Below the pieces are notes generated by a model that was given only the letters and a program-made list of their open reading frames with translations, searched no databases and was not told where the DNA came from. From IMG/VR virus record IMGVR_UViG_3300043442_001092, positions 1-27,699 of that record: a DNA stretch of 27,699 nucleotides, one strand, 5' to 3'. Both the position numbers and the translations under genes were made by a program. This document shows, piece after piece, positions 23,153 to 27,699 of this stretch. The first letter of the stretch is position 1, and each line of letters begins with the position of its first letter. The DNA comes from a virus. Lineage: Duplodnaviria; Caudoviricetes.

Positions 23153-23499
23153 GACTTCTCCATTCTTGCTTCAGACGAAGAGTTGAAGCGGCTCATAGCC
23201 GCACTGGACACGTTCCCCACCACGCCACTGCAGTGGCGCTTCGCTCAGCTGGTGAAGCTGTTGCCGTTGGCTGGGTGCCGCCTGAATGAGATCTGCTCTG
23301 GCAGATGGGAATGGCTCAACGAGAAGGCAGTTGTTCTGGTGATTCCGAGAGAGTGTCACAAGACCGGCAAGAAGACCGGCAAGGATCGGGTCGTGCATCT
23401 TCCTCCTGCAGCGATTTGCATCCTGAGAGAGTTGAGACTCAAAACGAACTCAGAATGAATTATCGCAGGTCGGGCAGATGAGCGCTTGATCAGCGCCGA
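23153..23499 (+). pseudogene. Truncated tyrosine integrase remnant
   Basis: SDEELKRL...LAGCRLNEI (catalytic Arg)...HKTG (catalytic Lys)...RVVHL...NSE*IIAG. In-frame stop at 23150, TGA at 23456 where a Trp is expected, and no HxxR/Tyr region. Confidence 0.85.
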
Positions 23500-23811
23500 T
23501 CAGCTCGGGTTGTAGTCCTCGTCATACCAGGGCGAGGGCTTGTAGGCCGGCTCGAGCTCATCGGTGAGCAGCGGCTGCACCTGCCGATCGATGATCATCT
23601 GGTGCAGCGTCACGTAGGCCATCATCTCCTTCAGGTGGGTCGCCAGGGCGTTGTACTCGCTCTCGCCGACCACGCCAACTTCGTTCTCCTGGTCGGCGTA
23701 GGCGAGAAACATCATGGCCGCCTCCCGCGGGCGGCCGTCCTCGAACAGCTTGTAGGCCATCTCGAGGCCCTCCCGAGGGCTGACCTCGCCAGAGCGGGAA
23801 GCGAACCTCAT
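23500..23811 (-). CDS. Hypothetical protein (103 aa)
   Basis: ATG at 23811 overlaps the thyX stop (ATGA). Confidence 0.75.
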   Translation of the reverse strand: MRFASRSGEVSPREGLEMAYKLFEDGRPREAAMMFLAYADQENEVGVVGESEYNALATHLKEMMAYVTLHQMIIDRQVQPLLTDELEPAYKPSPWYDEDYNPS

Positions 23812-24539
23812 GGCGCCAGCCGTGCCTTGTGCAGGCGGGTTTTCTCGTACCAGGCGGCAATGTCCGGCGCCCAGATCGCGAACGGCTTCATCATCAGATC
23901 GCACAACGCCTGAATCTCAGGCTGAGCGTCGGCCTTGGCCCGCAGATCGAGGAAGTGCATCAGCGCCCGCATGCTGAACGACACCACGAAATTCTGGCGG
24001 AAGTCGAACGGCAGGATGCCGCGAGCGTGCTCTTCGGCGTAGCCGGCCTTGAGCATCTCTCTGTACTTCCAGGCAGCAGCGTTGCACCAGTCCAGGTCAA
24101 TCCCTCGCTGGTAGTCGCTGTAGGTGTACCGCTTGCCCTGTCGGTCGCGGTATTCGCCAACCGGGCGCAGGTAGAACACGTCCTCGATGTCCAGCTCGCC
24201 GGCGGCGGCCCGCACAATCCGCTCGCCGGTGTAGCGCATCGACTGGACGTCAAAGCTGATACCCACGCGATGCGTGCGTGCCTGCTGCATCACCGAATGC
24301 GGGAAGCCGGCAGTCGCCAGCGTGATGCTCGGGTGCTCGAGCGGGCCATAGTGGCCGCGCTCACCGGCCAGCAGGTGCTTGACCACCAGCTCGCCGGCTT
24401 TGCGCTCCTCGGGTGCCTCGCAGTCGAGCACCGATCCCTCGAAGTAGTCGGTGTGCATGGCCCGCCAGATGGTGGTCTGCGCTTCAGGCGTCCAGGTGAG
24501 GGCACCGACGCGGAAGCGAGGATCGATCAGGCTTCCCAT
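23808..24539 (-). CDS. thyX: Flavin-dependent thymidylate synthase (cyanobacterial type)
   Basis: GHYGPLEH, QQARTHRVGISFDVQSMRY (ThyX motif), EHARGILP, RALMHFLDLR, AQPEI. Confidence 0.95.
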   Translation of the reverse strand: MGSLIDPRFRVGALTWTPEAQTTIWRAMHTDYFEGSVLDCEAPEERKAGELVVKHLLAGERGHYGPLEHPSITLATAGFPHSVMQQARTHRVGISFDVQSMRYTGERIVRAAAGELDIEDVFYLRPVGEYRDRQGKRYTYSDYQRGIDLDWCNAAAWKYREMLKAGYAEEHARGILPFDFRQNFVVSFSMRALMHFLDLRAKADAQPEIQALCDLMMKPFAIWAPDIAAWYEKTRLHKARLAP

Positions 24540-25045
24540 GACGGCATGACGTGGGTGTGCTTGTTGTAATGACCGACCTGGGCGTAGGAGATGTCCGGGA
24601 TGCCAGCCATCAGGAAGAACACCATCTGCCCAATCTTGAGCCCTGGGTAGAGCGGCCGTGAGCGGAGCTGGCGAGCGTTGGTGAGCTCAAGGGTCAGCTT
24701 TGAGCCGTTCCACTGCGGATCAGCAAAGCCGGCGTGGCTGTGCTCAAGGCCCTCGCGTGCCCGGCTGGACTTCAGGAAGAACAGCCCCGCCACGTCGTCG
24801 GGCATGTTGAAGGTCTCCCATGTCTCGCCCAGCACCCACTGACCCGGCCGCAACCAGTAGGGGTCGTCCTTGGTGCAGTCGCTGATATCGACGCGCACTA
24901 GGTCGTCGCCAACAGCGCTTTCGATCATGATCTCGTTGCCGAGAAGCAGGTCGTAACTCGCTGGGTTGAGCTGATCAAGGTCGAAGGGAACGATCATCCG
25001 TTCTTCTTCGCAAAAGCGGCGAATCTCGCGGTCGTGAAGGATCAC
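24527..25045 (-). CDS. dcd: dCTP deaminase
   Basis: ILHDREI, NPASYDL, KSSRAREG, AGFADP.WNG, LTLEL.N, LYPGLKIGQMVF. Confidence 0.92.
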   Translation of the reverse strand: MILHDREIRRFCEEERMIVPFDLDQLNPASYDLLLGNEIMIESAVGDDLVRVDISDCTKDDPYWLRPGQWVLGETWETFNMPDDVAGLFFLKSSRAREGLEHSHAGFADPQWNGSKLTLELTNARQLRSRPLYPGLKIGQMVFFLMAGIPDISYAQVGHYNKHTHVMPSWEA

Positions 25046-25257
25046 GGCACTTCTGTGATTTCGGCCTCAGGGTACTCTTCGGCCGCGACGGTGGAGATTA
25101 CGTTTTGCGACTGCCGCTGCTCCAGCCACAGCCGTGCAAACCCCTCGTGAAACGTCCGCCGGGTCTCGCCTGCCCAGGCCGCCATCCAGACAGTGCCGCG
25201 GCCGGGCACGAACAGCTTCCACAGGCCTGGTGCCACCTTGCGGTTGATGGGGTCTAT
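25042..25257 (-). CDS. Hypothetical protein (start uncertain)
   Basis: ...IDPINRKVAPGLWKLFVPGRGTVWMAAW...; stop overlaps the dcd start (GTGA); no in-frame ATG near the lysozyme stop. Confidence 0.5.
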   Translation of the reverse strand: MDPINRKVAPGLWKLFVPGRGTVWMAAWAGETRRTFHEGFARLWLEQRQSQNVISTVAAEEYPEAEITEVP

Positions 25258-25676
25258 CCATCGGTGCCCGTCTGCATCATCCTCGAGAGCCGCTGCGCCC
25301 TCATCCCCACCTGCTTGGCCCAGAGGCTGTCCAGCATCATCTCGCCGGCTTTCTGGTAGTTGCCAGCCTCGATCGTCGCCAGGGTGTTGCGGAACTTCAG
25401 CAGGCCATCGATTCCGAGATTGAAGGCCATGTCGAGCAACACACGCTGCCGCACATCGCTCAGCCCAGTCACCCACGGAAGTCTCGCGTTCAGCTCTGTC
25501 CATACCCTGTCGATGTCGTTGCTCAGCAGATAGGCCGACTCCTGGGCCGTGATCCCGCGATCATCCAGATTGCGCCCGACACCGATGGTCAGCTTGCCGG
25601 CGGTGCAGCGGTAGGGCTTCAGCCGCTCGCCTTCATGACGGCGGAGCTGCTGGATCAGCTTCTGACGATCGAACAT
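25254..25676 (-). CDS. GH24 (T4-like) lysozyme / endolysin
   Basis: HEGERLKPYRCTAGKLTIGVGRNL catalytic region, DMAFNLG, LDSLWAKQVGMRA; ATG at 25676. Confidence 0.93.
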   Translation of the reverse strand: MFDRQKLIQQLRRHEGERLKPYRCTAGKLTIGVGRNLDDRGITAQESAYLLSNDIDRVWTELNARLPWVTGLSDVRQRVLLDMAFNLGIDGLLKFRNTLATIEAGNYQKAGEMMLDSLWAKQVGMRAQRLSRMMQTGTDG

Positions 25677-25905
25677 GGCGTGATCTCCGCGGCGGGATGG
25701 CTGGTGCGCTGGGCGAATCGATGAAGTAGGCGAGCAGGGTGGACAGCAGGCCGCTGCTGACGGTGAAGCCCTTGTCCCATTCGGCTGAGCACTGACCGGA
25801 GCGCATGCGCTCGCAGACGGCGATCTGGGCGCCGGCGAGGCCCAACTGGTAGGCAAAGCCGACACCGATGCCGGTGACGATCGCCTGCTGCACTGCCCGG
25901 TTCAT
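25633..25905 (-). CDS. Small membrane protein, holin-like
   Basis: Two hydrophobic segments joined by a Cys-bounded loop; lies between two lytic enzyme genes; ATGA-coupled. Confidence 0.6.
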   Translation of the reverse strand: MNRAVQQAIVTGIGVGFAYQLGLAGAQIAVCERMRSGQCSAEWDKGFTVSSGLLSTLLAYFIDSPSAPAIPPRRSRHVRSSEADPAAPPS

Positions 25906-26603
25906 GGCCGCTCCGCAATGATGCACCACCCGGTGTTGGCGCCATCGGGCATCCAGCGCGGGCCGAAATTCTTCCGGCTGTAGCTCAGGCCGGCACCCTT
26001 GCTGCTCAGGTAGGTGCCGCTGACTAGGTCAAGATCTCCGTAGGGATCGTTCACCAAGACCGCATCGCGGTTGAAGCCGATCACGGTGATCCAGTGCCCC
26101 CCACCTACGGGATGGCCGACCGGCCCTTTGTGAAGGATGCCGCATGGCACCGGAATGCCGGCCTTGATCTGTTTCTCGATCAGTCCAAAGTTGCCGTTCG
26201 TGACGAAGCGAGCCGTGATGCCGAAGCTGGCCAGCGCCTTGATCTGTGCCTGACTGTCGGTGGTGTCGCCGTAGCGGAAGACGCGGCCGAGGTAGGTGTC
26301 ATCACCGTTCGGGCCGGCCAGCGTGCCGGGCTTCAGCGCCTCGAGGAGCATTGCACAGCTGCTCGAGAAGCACATCCGGTGGGCGTGCGCCGTGCCGGAG
26401 TCGCGCTGGCTGTAGTAGGGCACCCGGAGCGGGTTGGTCGGCGGCGATGGTTTGGGGTCCACCGCCGCCTTCCAGATACTGCCGAGTTCACCGGTGGGCT
26501 CGAGCGAACCAGGCGGCAACTTTTCTTCGACCGCGTTCCAGAACGCGATGTGGTGCGAGAGCGACAGATCGCTGTGCTTTACGTGGTCGAGGAGTTTGGC
26601 CAT
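25902..26603 (-). CDS. Peptidase C39-like protein (probable cell-wall peptidase)
   Basis: VPYYSQRD, MCFSSSCAM (Cys), GHWITVIGF (His), VNDPYG (Asp). Confidence 0.88.
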   Translation of the reverse strand: MAKLLDHVKHSDLSLSHHIAFWNAVEEKLPPGSLEPTGELGSIWKAAVDPKPSPPTNPLRVPYYSQRDSGTAHAHRMCFSSSCAMLLEALKPGTLAGPNGDDTYLGRVFRYGDTTDSQAQIKALASFGITARFVTNGNFGLIEKQIKAGIPVPCGILHKGPVGHPVGGGHWITVIGFNRDAVLVNDPYGDLDLVSGTYLSSKGAGLSYSRKNFGPRWMPDGANTGWCIIAERP

Positions 26604-26607
26604 CCTT

Positions 26608-26751
26608 TCAGGGGCGACGCTTCGGGAAGGCGAGGCGCAGCATCTGCATGACGAGCTGCAGCCAGCTGTTGGACTTCAGGGGACTGATCGCGATGATCTC
26701 GGAGCCTGCAGCGACGATGATCGCGATGATCGCAACGGTAGTCGGGTCCAT
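26608..26751 (-). CDS. Small membrane protein (47 aa; not in ORF track), holin-like
   Basis: MDPTTVAIIAIIVAAGSEIIAISPLKSNSWLQLVMQMLRLAFPKRRP. Confidence 0.75.
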   Translation of the reverse strand: MDPTTVAIIAIIVAAGSEIIAISPLKSNSWLQLVMQMLRLAFPKRRP

Positions 26752-26784
26752 CTCTGGGGTCATGTGGCGCTCCTAAGGCTAGCC

Positions 26785-27048
26785 CTACTTTGAAATGACA
26801 GCAGCGGTCGGCTTGATGTCGAGCTGGAAGTGCTGGCCGAGGAATGACGCAAGCGGTGGCAACACGAGACTGGCGATCACTGCCACCAGCACCACCTGCG
26901 CCATGCGTATCTCAAGCCGGTTCAAGCGGGTGAAGATGTCCTTCTTCTCCTCGTCGTCTGCCGTTCGACTGAGGATGATGGCATCCATTTTGCCTTGGAG
27001 GATGCCGAGTTCCCGATAGATCTCAGCGTGTGAAACCTCGCGCTCCAT
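26785..27048 (-). CDS. Coiled-coil + single-TM protein (XhlA-like lysis-cassette component)
   Basis: VSHAEIYRELGILQGKMD...RLNRLE followed by a hydrophobic helix. Confidence 0.75.
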   Translation of the reverse strand: MEREVSHAEIYRELGILQGKMDAIILSRTADDEEKKDIFTRLNRLEIRMAQVVLVAVIASLVLPPLASFLGQHFQLDIKPTAAVISK

Positions 27049-27074
27049 CGGGGCTCCTGGCCAATCTCATCATC

Positions 27075-27224
27075 CTAGTGATCGACCCTTGGTGGGTCTC
27101 CAAGAGGATCTGGCCTACCGGCAAGGATGGCAAGAGCACGCTTGTAGTACCAGTTGTCGGTTTTACCCGCTGCTTCGAGAGCGTCCCTGACTTTGCGCCA
27201 GTTTTCCCGCTCATGCTGGGTCAT
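27075..27224 (-). CDS. Cyanophage-type hypothetical protein (49 aa; not in ORF track)
   Basis: MTQHERENWRKVRDALEAAGKTDNWYYKRALAILAGRPDPL..., translated by hand. Confidence 0.7.
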   Translation of the reverse strand: MTQHERENWRKVRDALEAAGKTDNWYYKRALAILAGRPDPLGDPPRVDH

Positions 27225-27300
27225 GGTCTGCCGCGACTAAGGTAGGGGTGCCCCAGCGGGTTGCCGCCCCTGGAGCGCGACCACCTGTAAGTCCCAGGCG

Positions 27301-27699
27301 ATGCCAAATTTTAGGCCGCTGCCGCCGATCTGTCGGCTGCGCGAAATTTTTCAAATCGATGCGAGCTGCCCAAGCGGCCTGCGGAATCTCAAGACCCGTG
27401 GGCGATTAAGGGCAGGACTGCCAGCTGGCAACAAGAGTACGTTTTACTGGGTCGTTGGAATTGACGGCGATTACTTCAATGTCCAGCGCATCGTTTACGC
27501 AATTCACTATGGCACCGATCCGGGCGATAGTCTCGTGGATCACATCAATAGAGACAGGTTTGATAATCGCGCAAGCAACCTTCGCCTAGTTGACCACGCT
27601 TTAAATGCAGTAAACTGCGGTGTCTACGCGCACAATACGACTGGAGTCAGGGGCGTGAGCTACAACAAGCGCGACAGGGTGTACTACGCTCAAATTAAG
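27301..27699 (+). CDS. HNH-AP2 homing endonuclease (3' truncated by the window)
   Basis: Hand translation: MPNFRPLP...QRIVYAIHYGTDP...VDHINRDRFDNRASNLR...NTTGVRGVSYNKR...YYAQIK. Confidence 0.88.
   Translation, partial: MPNFRPLPPICRLREIFQIDASCPSGLRNLKTRGRLRAGLPAGNKSTFYWVVGIDGDYFNVQRIVYAIHYGTDPGDSLVDHINRDRFDNRASNLRLVDHALNAVNCGVYAHNTTGVRGVSYNKRDRVYYAQIK

Larger units (their letters stand above)
1..27699. mobile_element. Tailed bacteriophage genome segment (probable cyanobacterial siphovirus with temperate ancestry)
   Basis: Dense phage-type gene order: primase-helicase, VRR-NUC, RecE/RecT, SSB, dNMP kinase, ThyX, dCTP deaminase, lysozyme, HNH nucleases and many short overlapping ORFs. No host housekeeping operons. 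Confidence 0.93.

Noticed and set aside
27023-27245. ORF-track calls 27023-27214 (-) and 27030-27245 (+)
   Set aside because: The 49-aa frame 27075-27224 (-) is more protein-like and does not overlap its neighbours.
1-27699. tRNA, rRNA, reverse transcriptase/DGR, methyltransferase or structural genes
   Set aside because: No cloverleaf, RT, MTase, capsid, portal or terminase motifs were recognised by eye; a covariance-model scan was not possible.

Overview
This window is a 27.7 kb stretch of a tailed-phage genome, most likely a picocyanobacterial (Synechococcus/Cyanobium-type) siphovirus. The host assignment is inferred from a cyanobacterial-type ThyX, cyanobacterial LexA-box matches and small ORF families I recognise from cyanophages. 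Left to right: (1) a compositionally alien block of about 4.2 kb (1-4260; 78-85% GC in two sampled lines versus about 63% in a sampled line elsewhere; GGCC-saturated, GCGC/CGCG/TCGA-poor) with seven minus-strand genes, including a GP88-family protein, bracketed by an exact 15-bp direct repeat; (2) a non-coding hinge (4260-4650) with three tandem LexA-like boxes and a candidate genome end; (3) a minus-strand replication module with a candidate origin, primase-helicase, VRR-NUC nuclease, SF2 helicase and HNH nuclease; (4) a plus-strand recombination/early module with RecE-like, RecT-like, Xis-like HTH, SSB, about 30 small ORFs (including an RNAP alpha-CTD-like protein and a stand-alone AP2 protein) and a dNMP kinase; (5) a dif-like XerC/D site with arm-type repeats beside a dead tyrosine integrase; (6) minus-strand thyX, dcd and a lysis cassette (GH24 lysozyme, C39-like peptidase, small membrane proteins), then a partial HNH-AP2 endonuclease. 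The best leads are the repeat-bounded GC-rich block (candidate first-entry, restriction-evading segment) with its adjacent LexA-like array, and the dif-like site replacing a lost integrase. All calls come from reading the sequence and recalled motifs; no searches were run.
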